This document shows, in pieces, positions 24,546-38,214 of a DNA stretch of 64,000 bases. Position numbers and translations under genes: made by a program. This DNA comes from Felis catus (taxonomy: Eukaryota). Where the stretch lies: NCBI RefSeq assembly GCF_018350175.1, contig NC_058368.1, forward strand, positions 36,086,001 through 36,150,000, read 5' to 3'. Position 1 is the first letter of the stretch, and every line of letters starts with the position of its first letter. The notes under the pieces are model-generated. The model was not told the DNA's origin and did no database searches. It saw nothing but the letters and a program-made list of their open reading frames with translations.

Positions 24546-24664
24546 AAAATCATATCTGATTGGAGAAGGCAGAGAGGTGAAAAATATCTCATTGTGCAAA
24601 AACAGAAATCTCAGCTCAAGAAAATGCTGAAAAATAAATAAGACATGAAGGATTAAAAAATATT

Positions 24665-24880
24665 GGGGTGCCTAGGTGGCTCAGTCAGTTAAGCATCGAA
24701 TTGTGGCTCAGGTCATGATCTCACAGCTCCTTAATTAGAGTCCTGCATCAGGCTCTGTGCTGACAGCTCAGGGCCTGGAGCCTGCTTTGGATTCTGTGTC
24801 TCCGTCTCTCTCTCTGCCCCTTCCCCTCTCATACTCAGTCTCTCCCTCAAAAATAAACATTAGAAAAAAAAGAAAAAAAG
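24665..24880 (+). mobile_element. CanSINE
   Basis: ggggtgcctaggtggctcagtcagttaagc head, CT tract and A tail. Confidence 0.92.
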
Positions 24881-25752
24881 GAAAATAGAAGTATTTGCTA
24901 CATTTAATAAAAAGAAATATGAATGTTAATAACTGAAGTACCAGTACTTAAGTGTGTAAGGCTCTAAAGGCTTATTTTTAAAATGTAAGACAAAATATTA
25001 AAAATTTGAAATTAATCAGAAATATACAGGCAGTTTTGCTGTGAAACACAAATCACCCTAACACCACAGGTAAAATTCCTCTCCTGCTGTCTAATGGCAA
25101 CTAAAACACCGATCATTACTGTACCCATCATGAGGTAGATATGTTTAGATGTTGAAGCTAAAGACATGCCATGTGATAGAGCCAAATTCTGCAATTAACA
25201 GTATACAATATTTAAAAATGGGAACACTGTCCGAAAAATCTAACTTCAGTTAGGAGCTTCAAGTGTTCCTCTCTTCTTACGTATCCTCTTCAAATTTACA
25301 AACTCTGCAGGCCTGCCATATTGCCTTTGGTTTCAATATTACTTGTATGAAGCATCATTGCTCCATTTTGGGGACCTGCTTCTAATCGTTTCACACCTTT
25401 TCACATTAATTTGATTGTAGATTTAAATTTCTAGGCTATGAAAACTAAATCTTTCCCACTTGATTCTTTGATAATAAATATTACTGCAGATCACGTTCAA
25501 TTATCATGTATGATTTCAAAGCTTATTTTTGCTATACTTCTGAAAATTGAGAAGGAAAGAGGAAGAGAGAGGGGGGAACAGAAAGGAGGGTAGAAAGGGA
25601 GGATCAACCCACCCACAAGGATTTGTACTCAATAGCTTATCAAAGCAGTATATCACTTCAGTGCAAATTCTGTACTACACACAACTCTATTTTATACGAA
25701 TTCTGTAAGTACCAGTGAAGAACGAATACAATGTAATTACCTATGTACATAC

Positions 25753-25822
25753 CTGTGTGTTCATCAAAGCTTTTAGACACTGTATGACTTTATGCTGCTT
25801 CTTCTTTACAATTTTTTCTTGT
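25753..25822 (-). CDS. DIAPH3: DIAPH3 coding exon (~exon 7), 70 nt
   Basis: Junctions atgcag|ACAAGAA...ACACAG|gtatgt; encodes (I)QEKIVKKKQHKVIQCLKALMNTQ; phase 2 to 0. Confidence 0.97.
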
Positions 25823-25909
25823 CTGCATTGGCATAAAAAACATCACTGTTGGGAATATCGCTGGACATGCAAATGTAGCTTAATTGAAAATAAAAATGAA
25901 TATACTTAC

Positions 25910-25984
25910 ATTTTGCCACTAATCAGTTTTTCCAAAATGTCCAGTAATAATCCAAGCCCCTCATGTCCAAAACTTTCCACCCAA
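25910..25984 (-). CDS. DIAPH3: DIAPH3 coding exon (~exon 6), 75 nt
   Basis: Junctions atcag|TTGGGTG...GGCAAAAT|gtaagt; encodes (S)WVESFGHEGLGLLLDILEKLISGK(I); phase 2 to 2. Confidence 0.97.
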
Positions 25985-26167
25985 CTGATAAACAGGAAAA
26001 CAAAAAACAAAAAACAAAGGCAGTTATGCATGGTCAGTATTCTAGTTTAGAATATCACAATGAGATATGCTCACAAATATTTCATATTTGTTATATTCTA
26101 ATCATAAATACAACATAAGAATATCATCTGCAAAATCACTTATGATACATAATCTTATTTGTGAGAG

Positions 26168-26345
26168 CAGTGATGGGATAAACCAGACTATGTCCATCAC
26201 TTCCGTGCTCCGTGTCCAGCAACATTGTGTTGGTAGCTAGAATCTGTGGGAAGTAACACAATGCAGAAATCAGCAAATGCTGCCAATCACCCCATCTCCC
26301 CCCACCCAGAGAGCTGGCCATTAAACATTTACCAACACACCACTG
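26168..26345 (+). mobile_element. MER63-like hAT MITE
   Basis: Begins cagtgatg, contains gttggtagct, and ends ccagagagctggccattaaacatttaccaacacaccactg. Confidence 0.65.
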
Positions 26346-26405
26346 GATAAGCCTCACTTTAAACTTTTACAAAGAGCAGAAATCAGGCAATATTTAAAGA
26401 GGGAA

Positions 26406-26611
26406 GGGGCGCCTGGGTGGCTCAGTCGCTTAAGAGTCTAACTCTTGGTTTTAGCTCAGGTCATGATCTCACGGTTCATGAGTTCAAGCACTACACCAGG
26501 CTCTGCACTAAAAGTGCAGAGCCTGCTTGGGATTCTCTGTCTCCTTCCCTCTCTCTCTCCCTCTCCTGCACTGGTTCTCACTCTCTCTCTCTCAAGATAA
26601 AACACATAAAC

Positions 26612-26640
<29 letters not shown>
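26406..26640 (+). mobile_element. CanSINE
   Basis: ggggcgcctgggtggctcagtcg head, long pure A tail and TSD atttaaagaggga. Confidence 0.94.
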
Positions 26641-26642
<2 letters not shown>

Positions 26643-27052
26643 TTTAAAGAGGGAGAACTCAGATGAACGTATTGAAAAGAAAAGTCTTAGGAAAATTTCT
26701 CAAACCACTGAAATGCATCCTAATTTCCTAAGTTTCAAAGTTTGATTGTTTTAAGAGTTTCATCATTATTTTTAAATGAACATTTTCATCTTGACCAAAC
26801 CACCTCTTTTCATAAACCCACTGGTATAATCACAGTACACTAATGTAATTAGGACATCATTGCCAATAGACAATTGCTTACCTTGGTTATAGAAAAACTA
26901 CCTTAATGGGAATTAATACATTTTTTTTTTCCCAGTGGTTATTTAGAAAGCTTTGAACAAGAATATCATCTGTTTTTTAAAAAGTAGGGGAAAGAAAATT
27001 TTAGGATATATAACTGTGTTTATCTCTTTGTATATGTGTTTGTATGTATGAG

Positions 27053-27076
27053 TGTGTGTGTGTGTGTGTGTGTGTG
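27053..27076. repeat. (GT)n microsatellite
   Basis: About 12 consecutive GT units. Confidence 0.9.
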
Positions 27077-28218
27077 GCCTTTGAAAAATCGAACTGTAAA
27101 GACAAAGTTTCATCCAATAACCAAAAGCAAAATATTATAAACATTAAGAGCAAGTTTAAGTCATATACCAAGATATAATACCATTTTCTTAAGACACAAT
27201 AGAACATTTCCTATGACAATAAGAAGACCAAACACAACATTTTTAAATGAAAACAAATATTGTTTAAAAAAAATCTTCTTCATTTGTACACTTGTGAATA
27301 CAGCTTACTCACTTATAAATGTTCAGAATTTCTGATTCCTACCACACCAAAAAAAAAAAGCTATTTGTCATTTAGATTGGCAGACACTTGTCAGCTATTT
27401 CACTTGTCTCCTCCCTGTCCAGTGAAAGCCATGGAGTAACTAATTCAAGAATGTACTTAAGCAAGAAACATACTCTGATACCCTCCTAGGAAAAGAAAAG
27501 CCTGGAATCACTATTACAAGTGAAGGTGAGAAAAAAAAAGTTGAATAGAAGTCAGAGTTTTCAAACCAGGATGCTACTTCAAAAGTGACGAGTTTACTCT
27601 CCACTATCAGCAACATACAGATTACCTGTAGGCATTTCAAATCTCACTTTCATGTTTCATGAAACACCTACAGCATGTGCTTAACTGTTTGCCTTGTTGA
27701 CATCCTACTCCGTATTTATTCTTATTTCACATGAAGCAGGGAAGCTTGAAATCAAACACATAAAGAGTAACTTGAGAGTTTTACTGGGGCCGACACTGAC
27801 ACACGTGGACAGACTGTATTCATCGTGCCCTCCTGTGTTAGTGTCTCCAAGAGGGACTTCCTACTTTGAAGTGAATTTTTAACAATCTGTATATGCAAAA
27901 GTATAACCATGGAGACATTCAAAAGCTAACATAAATGATATAGGATTATTCATATGGCTATCCCTTTCAATCATTGTGGAAAATAAAGTCACTATTCCTA
28001 AAACTGCCTTATACCAAAATAATTTAAAACTAGGTTAATATAACAAAATAAACTTTGTTTCACTTAATATGCTCATGGTGAAGCCTACTACAGAATTTAG
28101 GAAGCTTATCGATCCAAGTAAATCAAGTTAAGTCTTTTGGTCTAATTAATAGAACACAGTTTTGTTTGTTTGTTTGTTTTGTTTTTGTTTTTGTTTTTGT
28201 TTTTAATTTATCACCCTT

Positions 28219-28450
28219 GGGGCACCTAAGTGGCTCAACCGGTTAAACGTCCTACTTCGGCTCAGGTCATGATCTCACGGTCCGTGAGCTCAAGCCCCGA
28301 GTCGGGCTCTATGCTGACAGCTCAGAGCCTGGAGCCTGCTTCAGATTCTGTGTCTCCCTCTCTCTCTGACCCTCCCCCGTTCATGCTCTGTCTCTCTCTG
28401 TCTCAAAAATAAATAAACATTAAAAAAAATTATAAACAAATAAAAAAATA
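28219..28450 (+). mobile_element. Felid CanSINE
   Basis: ggggcacctaagtggctcaaccggttaaacgtcc head with TSD aatttatcaccctt. Confidence 0.94.
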
Positions 28451-30842
28451 AATTTATCACCCTTAATATAACAGTTATAACCAGAATGCTGTGACCCACA
28501 GAAGGTCTCATATTAACTATTTTTGGACCCACTAAATAACTCTTCTGAACTATGGAATATAAGCCATTGCAGTAAAACTTCCATTCACTCAAGCATATTA
28601 CATATGAACTACTTCTCTATAAAATAAACTTAATAAATTAAACGTAAAGAGACATTATACCAAATTACTTTACACTGCAATCTTTTAACTCGTGGTAGAA
28701 ATTAATTTCTGAATAAAATCGGAGAGAATGGTAATAGCCTAATGAAAGTCAGACTATACATTTCGTAAAATACATCAAAAACAAAGTGAGGGGACAAGGG
28801 GAGGAAACAAAGATGTTTGGTAACAAAAAAAAATACATATATATAATATTTAAACATAAAAAGCTGGTACTTACTGAAATATTAAAACACAAATTAAGTA
28901 AAAACGCTCTCTGTTTTCTTAGAAATTTGCAAGGCCAGCATATTGTTGTACTAACAAGTTGTCACTAACAAACCCATTCTTTCAAAACCTTGCCCCCACC
29001 TCTACTATTTTCAGCATGATTTTTAAAAATAGGGGCAAATATTATTTCTTATCTTTTCTGGAAAAGACGTGCAAGATAAAAAGTGATATTGAGTAGGTAG
29101 GCCTGTGGTGCTGACAGAGGTTCATTGAAATCCATAGCTTTTTACAAAAGTAAAAGATTTCTCATCATCAATGTAAGAAGCAACCTGGAAAAAAAAATTA
29201 TCAACTGATCTATAAATGATCAATCTTTAGGAAACAAAATCTGTTCTATTTATTCTGTGCCTGTCAGCATAGTACCATCAGGCATTATGTGGTTTAACTA
29301 TAAACTGCATTCATGGATGAATAAGCACTGTGCAAATGTTTCTTCCTCATGAATAGAAATGACATAGAGATTAGTATGACATTTGTATGGGGAAAAAATT
29401 GCTTAAAAACAGCAAAAAGTAATGTGCTAAGTACTAATTTAACACAAAATCTACCTCTTAAAATTCCGTAACAGGAAATATCAAACTCTTCTTTTTTAAT
29501 TGCTTCAAGAAAAACTTCTAAGTATATTGCCATTTAGCACTTCCTAGCAGGGGGTTGGCTCCATGTAAGAGAAAAAAAGAGGTGAAGAGGTAACAAAAGG
29601 AAAAAAAAAAAAAGAGGGAGAAAGAGAGGTCTCTAGGATTAAATGTTCAAACCATCTTAAAATGTTCAAAGCAGCTTATGCTTTGAAATTCAGTTGTTGC
29701 TTCCTGAGACACAGGATGAAATCAAAGGTATGCAAAGTGGTTTCCTAGGTGTTGTTGGCTTTATGAAGCAAATACAGTCATCTCAATGAGCAGAAGAGGC
29801 AATAATCAGGTCTCAGATTTACTTCCTGGCCCAAGGACACTATCCATGTATATGTTTCCCACAGACTTAAGTTAGTTATCACCTCTCTTCCCAAATGTGC
29901 TCCAACGAAGGTAAAGATAAATGCATCATAGATTGTCAGAACAAGAATAAACCAACCACATCCTAAGGGCAACCTTACCAGTCACATACACCTGGAGAAT
30001 AGGGACCATTTCTAATTTGTCTTTAAATTCCCCAGCTCCTGGAATAGACTAAGCATTCAATAAATGGTTTTAAAATAAAACTGAATCTCCTTCCATTTTT
30101 ATATATAAGAAAAGAAGACACAGAGAGAGGTTATGGTCACTTAGAAATAGCATCCAGGTCGCTGATGCCCAGATTCACACCCTTACTTTACATACCTAGA
30201 AAAAAAGTACAAAGCAATGACGCTTCCCATGCAGTATCACTGAGCCTGTTCCAACCTTCATGCCAAATACATCAATTCTGATTTCAGAACTGGTACTTAT
30301 CCATACTGAACCAAGGATGATGAATCTGGAGTCCCTGTCCTTAGCACACTTGAGGACTTGATTGACTGCAGCTCAAAGGGTGATGTTTCATTACTACTCA
30401 AACAAGTGTTCATTAACAAAGTCACTCAGCCTTTATGAAGGTCTCACTGTGTGCTTAATACTACAATAGGTATGACAAATACAAAACTGAATAAAACATG
30501 TTCTCTGCCCTTGAAAAGATCACAGACTAGTGGTTGAAACAAATGTTGAGCTAAATCATTTCCATAATATAATAAATGCTATAATCATGGTGCTAAGGGA
30601 ACAGAAGATAACAGCATCTACCTCTCCTAGGAGCAAAGCAACTGATGTCTGACCTGAGTTTTCAAGGTTAAGTCAGAGAAAGAGCTGTTTCTAAGGCACT
30701 GGGAATGCATGCAAAGCCATTAAAAGAAATGGTCTGTGCCGAGTTCCAGAAACGGCTGTATGAGGTAAAACCAAAAAGGTAGGAAGGGGTTTCTGAAAAA
30801 AACTCTATACAATGTCATGGGCAATGGGAAGCCATTAGCACA

Positions 30843-31270
30843 TGTGGTAGGCAGAATAATCTCACCCCTGCCCCCACCCCCACCCGGGAGATGGCCACGT
30901 CCTAACAGAAGCTATGATGATCTGATATAGCAAAAAGAGGAAACAGAAAAGGAAATTCAGGTTACAAATCACAGGATTTTAAAATAGGGAAATGACCCTA
31001 AATTACCCAGGTGAGTCCAACCTAATGACCTAATTTACTTAAGTTGAAAGCCTTTCCCCGCGGGATTGGAGAGATGAGGCAGAAGAGAGATGCAAAGCAT
31101 GAGAAGGGCTCAAAGTTTACAAGTTTAAAGACAGAGAAAGGGGAATAGGAGCCAAGGAGTGCGGGTGGCCTCTAGAAGCTGAGACAACCCTCACATGGCA
31201 GCTAGCAAGAAAAAAGGGATGTCAGTCTCAAAACTGCAAGGAATTGAATTTGGCCATTAACTCAATCAAG
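30843..31270 (+). mobile_element. MaLR LTR (MLT1D/E-like), 3' end missing or interrupted
   Basis: tgtggtaggcagaataat start, ggagccaaggagtgcgggtggcctctagaagctg, and aactgcaaggaattgaattt. Confidence 0.75.
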
Positions 31271-31828
31271 TAAACATCAAGCACAAAGGATCGCTCTCCA
31301 TTTATTCAGAACTTCTTTGATTTTCCTCATTACGATTTTGTAGTTTTCAGCATAAAACTGATTGCTAGTGAAAGAATATAACCAATTTTTTTCAGGTGAA
31401 AAATTTCCTCTTAATATTGAAGTGTACAGGGCAGTATTATCAACGATATATATGCACACTGCTGTACAACACAGCTCTGAAACTTTTGCATCTTGCAAAA
31501 TAAAGTCGATTTTTATCTTGAATCCAGCAATGTTGCTGCACCTACTGATTAGTTGTAGTTTTTACAGATTCTTTCAAGTTTTCTATGTAAACATGTCATC
31601 TACAAAGAAGACAGTTACAGTTCTTCCTTTGGGATTTATACATTTTTGTTTCATTTGTACCTCATCACTATGGCCAGAACTTCCAGCACTGTGTTGAACA
31701 AGAGTGGTGAAAGCAAACATCCTTGCCTCATCCCTAGTGTGAGGCGGAAAGTATTCAGCCTTTCACATTTAATGTTAGCTCGAGAATTTTTGTAGATTTA
31801 GGTTATCAAATTGAGAAAGTACTCCTCG

Positions 31829-32203
31829 GTATTAGTTTCCGAGAGTAGCTGTAACAAAGTACCGCGAAATAGAATATGTAGAGGAGAAGTTCATTCTCAT
31901 AGTTCTGGAGGCTAGAAGCCCATTGTCAGAAGGGCTGGGCTCCCTCTGAGACCATGGGTAGACCCCTTCCTTGCCTCTTCCTAGGTTCCGGTGTTAACGG
32001 CTAATCCAGGATTTCGCTACCTCCCATCACATGGCACTGTGTCTCTCTTCTTAAAAGAACATAAATCGGATTAAAAGCCCACTCTATTCCTTTATGACCT
32101 CATCTTATTCCATCTGTATTGACCCAATTTTCAAATGAGGTCCCATTCTAAGGCGCCAATTCGGACTTAACATTTTCCTGGGGGACACAATTCAATCCAT
32201 AAC
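31829..32203 (-). mobile_element. MaLR LTR (MLT1A/B-like)
   Basis: tattagtttcc..gctgtaacaaagtacc..ttctcatagttctggaggctagaag..ggggacacaattcaatccataac. Confidence 0.8.
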
Positions 32204-34020
32204 GTCTTTCCTCTTCTGAGAGATTTTATTAGAAGTGTTTAGTTTTTGTCAAATCTTTGCATCTATTGATACGTGATTTTCTTCTTTAGCCCTGTTGATA
32301 TAGTACATTTCAGTTAAGATTTTCATGTCTATATTCGTGATGGACATTAGTTTGTAAATCTGGAGTTTGGGGTTTTGATTGTTATTGTCTTTGTTTGGCT
32401 TGCTATCAGTATCAGCTTCATAAAATAAATTGTGAATTGTTCCCTGCTCTTGTATTTTCTGGAAAAGGCTGTATAGAATTGGTATTAATTTTTCTTCAAA
32501 TCTTTGGTAGAATTCTCCAGTGAAAGCATCTGTACCTGAAGATCTTTTAGGGACTCTTAAAATAGTAATTTAATTTCCTTAATAGCTAGAAGACTAGTCA
32601 AATATTCTATTTCATATTGGGTACGTTGTAGTACTTTCTTCTTCAAGAATCAGTCTTTCAAATAAGTTGTCAAATTTGTGTGTTTAAAGTTGTTTGTCTT
32701 ATTACCCTATCGACATTGAGTCTGTGGTGATATTCTGTTTTATTCCTAATACTGGCAATTTGTCTCTTTTCTTCATCAATAATAAAGGTTTATCAGTTTT
32801 ATTAATCTTCCCAAAGAACTACATCCCTGTTTCACCAATTTCCTCTATTGTTATTCTGTTTCCAATTTAATTGATTCTACTCTTTATCGTTACCTTATTT
32901 ATATTCTATTTTGCTTTTTAGATTGAGGTGAGAACTAAAATTATTTATTGGAGCCCTTTTACTTCTCTAATGTATGTATTTAGAGCTACAGATTCCCTTT
33001 CTCAGTACAACTTCAGATGTGTGCCACAAGCTTTGAAATGTATTTTCATTAACTTCAGTGTATCTTTTTATTTTCCTTGAGACTTCCCCTTTGACTCAAG
33101 GATTATATACAAGTGTGTTGTCTGCTTCCCAAATGGTTGGATATCTTCCTGTTATCTTTGTTACTGATTTCTAGTTTGAGTCTTTTGGTAGAAGAACACA
33201 TTTGGTATGGTTTCAATTCTTTTAAATTTGATGAGGTTTGCTTTGTGGCTCAGGATACAGTCTAACTTGGTACATGTTCTAAGAAGAGAATGTGTATTCT
33301 GCTATTAACTGAAATGTACTATACTATGCATTATGTATTTTACTTAATAGTAGTGTTGAGTTCTTATATCTTTAGTGATTTTCTGCCTAGGTGTTCTATT
33401 GATTATTGACTGAGTTGTGAAGTCTCCAAATCTAATTGTGAATTTATTCCCTTCAGTTCTAGTACTTTTGCTTCATATATTGTGGACATCTGTAGCCTGA
33501 TATGTATACTTAGGATGGGTCTTTTGGTGGATTGACTCTTAAAAATCAATCTTTTTCTTTACTCTGAGATCTAAATGATTGGATATTAAAACAGCCACAA
33601 CTGCCTTTTGATTAATGTTTGCATAATATGTCTTACTATCATTTCACTTTCCATCTGTCTATATCAATATATTTGAAGTGAGTTTCTGATAGAAAGCATA
33701 TAATCAGGTGATGTTTTTTAATCTACTCTGCCAGTCTCCTTTAATTAGCATAACCATTTACACATAATGTAATATTGACATGTTAAGCTCTAGTACTTAT
33801 TTTTTGGATCTTGTTCATTCTGTTTGTTCATTTTTTTTTTGCCTGCCTTCCTGTGGTTTACTTGAACCTATTTTAGAATTCCATTTTGATTTATTTATTG
33901 TATTTTTTATTTATAGCTCCTACAGCTTTTTAGAGGTTGCCCTAGGTACATCAGAATATATCAAAGCTTATTGGCATCATTGTCTCACACGCTTGTGCGA
34001 ATGGTAGAAGTCTTCCATCC

Positions 34021-34398
34021 CGTTATGAATCGAATAGTATCCCTCCAATTCATACATACAGGCCCACACCCACAATGTGATAATATTTGGAGATAAGGCC
34101 TTCACAGAGATTATTAAGGTTAAGGGACATCACAAGGATAGGGCCCTAATCCAGTATGACGAATGTCCTTGTAAGAGGAAGACACCAGGATTGCACACCC
34201 ACAGAGGAAAGGCCATGCGAAGACACTACAAGACAGCAGCCACCTGCAAGCCGAAGAAAGAGGCCACAGAAGAAACCAACCCTGAGGGCACCTGACCATG
34301 ACCGTAAGGCTTCCAGCCTCTGGAATACTGAGAAAATAAATTTCTGTTTAAGCCACCCAGGTTGCAGCCTTTTTATTATGGCACCCCAAGCTAACACA
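34021..34398 (+). mobile_element. MaLR LTR (MLT1A-like)
   Basis: caatgtgataatatttggagataaggcctt..gggccctaatccagtatgac..gagaaaataaatttctg..taagccacccag..tatggcacccc. Confidence 0.85.
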
Positions 34399-37300
34399 TC
34401 TCCCTTTATGCACTTTACCCTCCCCATTTAGAGTATCATTGTTATAAGTACTTCCTCTATGTACAGTGAGAACCTCATCAGACAGATATAAGTTTTGCTT
34501 CTACCAAACATAATTTAGAAAATTCAAGGAAAGGAAAGTACACTTACCCACATTTTTATTTACACTGTACACTTTCTCTTCCCAGTATTTCAAGGATGCC
34601 TTCTTGTATTTCTTTTATTATTATTTTCTTATTCTTTTTCTTATTATTCTTTTATTATTTTTCTGTTTAGAAAATATCATTAGCTATTCTTTTAAGGCCA
34701 AAAATTCCCTTTGTTTTCTTTCGTCTCAGCATGTCTTGATTTTGCCTTCACTCCTAAAGGATACATTCACAGCACGCAAGATTCTGAGCTGGCTGTTCTT
34801 GGCTTTCTTCATTTAAAAACTGTTTCTACCACATGCTTTGGGCCTCCATAGTTTCTGAAGAGAAATCCAGTGTCATGCCATTGGTTTTCTCCGTAACCAA
34901 AGTGGCATCTCGGGTTGCTTTCAAGAATTTTTACTGTTTTCAGTTGTCAGAAGTTTGACTATGGAAGGTCCTAACGTGAGTTTCTCTGGGTTCACCCTAT
35001 TTGCAGTTTCACTAGGTTTCTTGAATCTGTGGGTTTAGGTCTTTTGCCAAACTTGGGAAATATTTAGCCATTATTTCTTCATGTAACTTTGCTATCCTCC
35101 CACCTCTCAGATCCTCCTAGGATTTGGATAACAAAACGTTAGATCTTTTATTATAGTGCCACAGTTGCCTGAGGCTCTGTTTTGGTTTTGTTTTTCATTT
35201 CCTCTCTGTTCAGATTGGGTATTTTCTATTATTCTACACTGCAGATCACCAATTCTTTCCTCTCATCCTCGCATTTTGTTGTTGTGCCCCTCCAGTAAGT
35301 TTTTCATTTCAGTTATTGTAGTCTTCAATTCCAAAATTTCTATTTGATCTTTTAAAAAGAATAAAGTTTCTTCTATTTCTTTACGGAGACTATTTTTTTT
35401 TCTTTCAGCATATTCATACTTGCTCATTAAAACATCTTTAGGATGGCTCCTTTGAACATCTTTATTAGAATGTTCAAATATCTCTGACAACTCATTGTTG
35501 TCTATTAGTAAAGGTCTTTTTGCACTCAGTTTGAAACCTTCCTCCTTTTTATTATGACAGGTTTTCTATATTGAAACCTGGAAACAGGTTATTATGTTAT
35601 GATACTTCGGATTTTATTTCAACCTCTTGTTTTTTTAGCTGGCTTCCTACGATACAGCTCAGGTGGAGGAAGGAGGACAGGCATCCCCTCAATACCGCCA
35701 GGTGAACACACGAGTCCATGTTCTCCAGTTGGCCTCTGCTGATACCTCAGAAAGAGGCTTCTTGTTATTGCTGGACATGGATGGGTGTCTGAGCTCCCCA
35801 CCTAGCCTCCATGGTACCTCCCTGTCAGGGAGAAGTAGGACTGCCTTGTTATGCTCACATAACCCCCACTAGAACCAATGGGAGGGGAGGTTTGTTTCCA
35901 AATCTGTTTTTGCCAGGTGTACCTATTACTGTAATTAATTTAATAAAAATTACATAAACAGACAAGTCACTGCCAAAGAAGCTGCTGTTTCTATGAAAAC
36001 CAAGCCTAATGCTTTGAAAAAGTTTTTTAAATGGCATTTTAAAAAATGCCAGAGAAATAGACGTGAACACAAGTGTTTACTATTGAGAGACATCAAAAGG
36101 ACTTTACAAAAGAATTCTGTATACTTTATAAGAGCCTCTACATTTCTGTTCCACCTTAAAATACCAATATGAGGAAGACAGTGCATCATGGATGTGGTTT
36201 ATATAATCATCTATTTCTACTCAGAAGTAGAGTAGGTGCTACTCTGACCTCCTCATCAAAAGTATAGAGGAAAAAAAAAATGTTCAATCTTTTGAATCCA
36301 AAGAATGTTTAGGACATATGTAAATCATTTATCATTCCCTGTGTTAGCCCTAAAAACCAATAGCATCAAACAAAAGGACTTCTTCAGTAGACACACACAC
36401 ACTTCCATATAGTGCCTTTTTAAGTAGGTGATGTTACACATTTGTTTCTTCATTTTGCTTGTGTTTTATCTATTTTCTTATAATGAACTCCTACTTTTTG
36501 TAATAAGGAAAATTTTTAATTACCTCCAAGAATAATCTTACATAAACACCTAGGGAAGCACAAAGTTATTTTGCTCAAAATCAATATAAGAAACATCCTG
36601 AAAGGGGAAAAAAATATCACTGGTCACATGTGACAAAGTAACGAATTTTATACCTTAACCTTAGAAGGTCAGCTTTAATACTGTGTAATATCCAAATCCA
36701 ATTTACATTCCTCGGTCAGAGTAATATATCACCAATGCTGAATATAATTATAGCTTATTTTAGCTTTCATTTTCACCTACTCTTAGTAAGGTGACTAAAT
36801 ACTTACAATGAACCGGCAGGGGGGGGGGGGGGGGGGAGTAGAGGAGCACAAAGCAATTAACATGCCCTAAGGACAAAACAAACATACACCTCCATCCCAA
36901 CTGATGGGCATCCACAAAAATTACACTAAATTATACAGGGAATGCAGTAACTAAATAATGTTCTGATTTAAAAATCTACCAAAATTCAAAATGCAATCAT
37001 TAATACATATATTTTCTAGGAGCTGACTTTTAAAGAAATTATATATTTAAAACCAGTCACTTATTCTCACTTCTAGTATTAGATGAGACAGTAGAGTAAC
37101 AAACTAAGTAGTCTATTCTCTTAGTTACTTTCTAGCAGTAACATATTGAAAGGTATAAACTATCTAGAAAAAGTAGTCGAAATAGCACAAAAAGAAAACC
37201 AGATGAACTGCAGTGATGTAACACAAATCACCAATAAGAAAGATGAGCTCTTGATCTTTAAGTGAAAAGACAGTAAAAGAACTATAGAGTTGAAATAACA

Positions 37301-38214
37301 TATACTGGCATGTGCTCTAATCAAAACTTTAGTCCACTATTAAAAGAAACATTGCAGAAAAAAAAAATCTTTTGGAATGTATTAAATAGGAGTAAAGGAG
37401 TTTCTTGGTATCAAATCAAAATATCATTACTTCAGGAAAGCACTAATGAATTTTTCATCTTAAACAGACTAATTTGACAACCAATATGCGAGGGGGGAAA
37501 GAACCCATTTTAGTGCAGGTCTTCCACCATCTGTTTTCACCCAAAGTACTTGCTACTATTGCCCAATACTAGTCCCATAAACTTCATTATTAAGTCTATC
37601 ATCTGCTCCTCATTCTGTCAAGTTCATTACTACCTTCACTCATAATGCTCCCCTCCAAAGAGCTGCCTCTTCAGTTACAAACGAAACTATTTCACCTTTC
37701 AAGAGCCAATGCAAGTTTGTCTTCTTTGAACTCTAGTTCATCTAAGTTTCTCCATTTGCTTACTGGGTCTTACCCACTTGGCCCCAGATCTCTCTCCAGT
37801 TACTGTCCGTTTCTTTTTTACAGCATAATGTCTCAATTGCCTCTGAAGAATGGTTAGTATAAGAAGTACTTCTTCACCATCTATTCTTTACCATCCATTT
37901 ATTCCATCTCACTTCATCTGGCTTCTGCCACCCAGACTCCACAAAACTGCTTTCCTCGAAGGTCACCAAGAACGCTCCTCTTGCTCATTCTGGCAGTAAC
38001 ATCTTGCCCCAGGTCTCAGGAGCATTCATGTGGTTTGCCACTTGACCCTACTGAAACTCTCTTCCTCTCTTAGGCTCAGGAAACCAGCCTTTCTGGGTTC
38101 TCCTCCTCCCAAATGACCACTGCTCAGTCTGTTTTTCTGGTTTCTCTAGCCTTTCTAGACCATGGATAACTGCTGGAGTTCCCCAGGGCTTCTTCTGAGT
38201 GTTTTTCTGCACCC

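Larger units (their letters stand above)
31277..35880 (-). mobile_element. Old L1M body (ORF2 and upstream remnants) interrupted by MLT1 LTRs
   Basis: Reverse-complement L1 motifs: gagtggtgaaagcaaacatccttgcct, ttggtagaattctccagtgaa, gtgaagtctccaaatctaattgtg. An ORF1-like coiled-coil remnant is seen in ORF 35263..35490 (QIEILELKTTITEMKN). Confidence 0.8.

Noticed and set aside
26874..26900. Strong donor-like AAG|GTAAGC and other isolated GTAAG motifs (e.g. near 602, 22984, 36806, 61161)
   Set aside because: No convincing paired acceptor or coding similarity was found, and such motifs are expected by chance in long introns.
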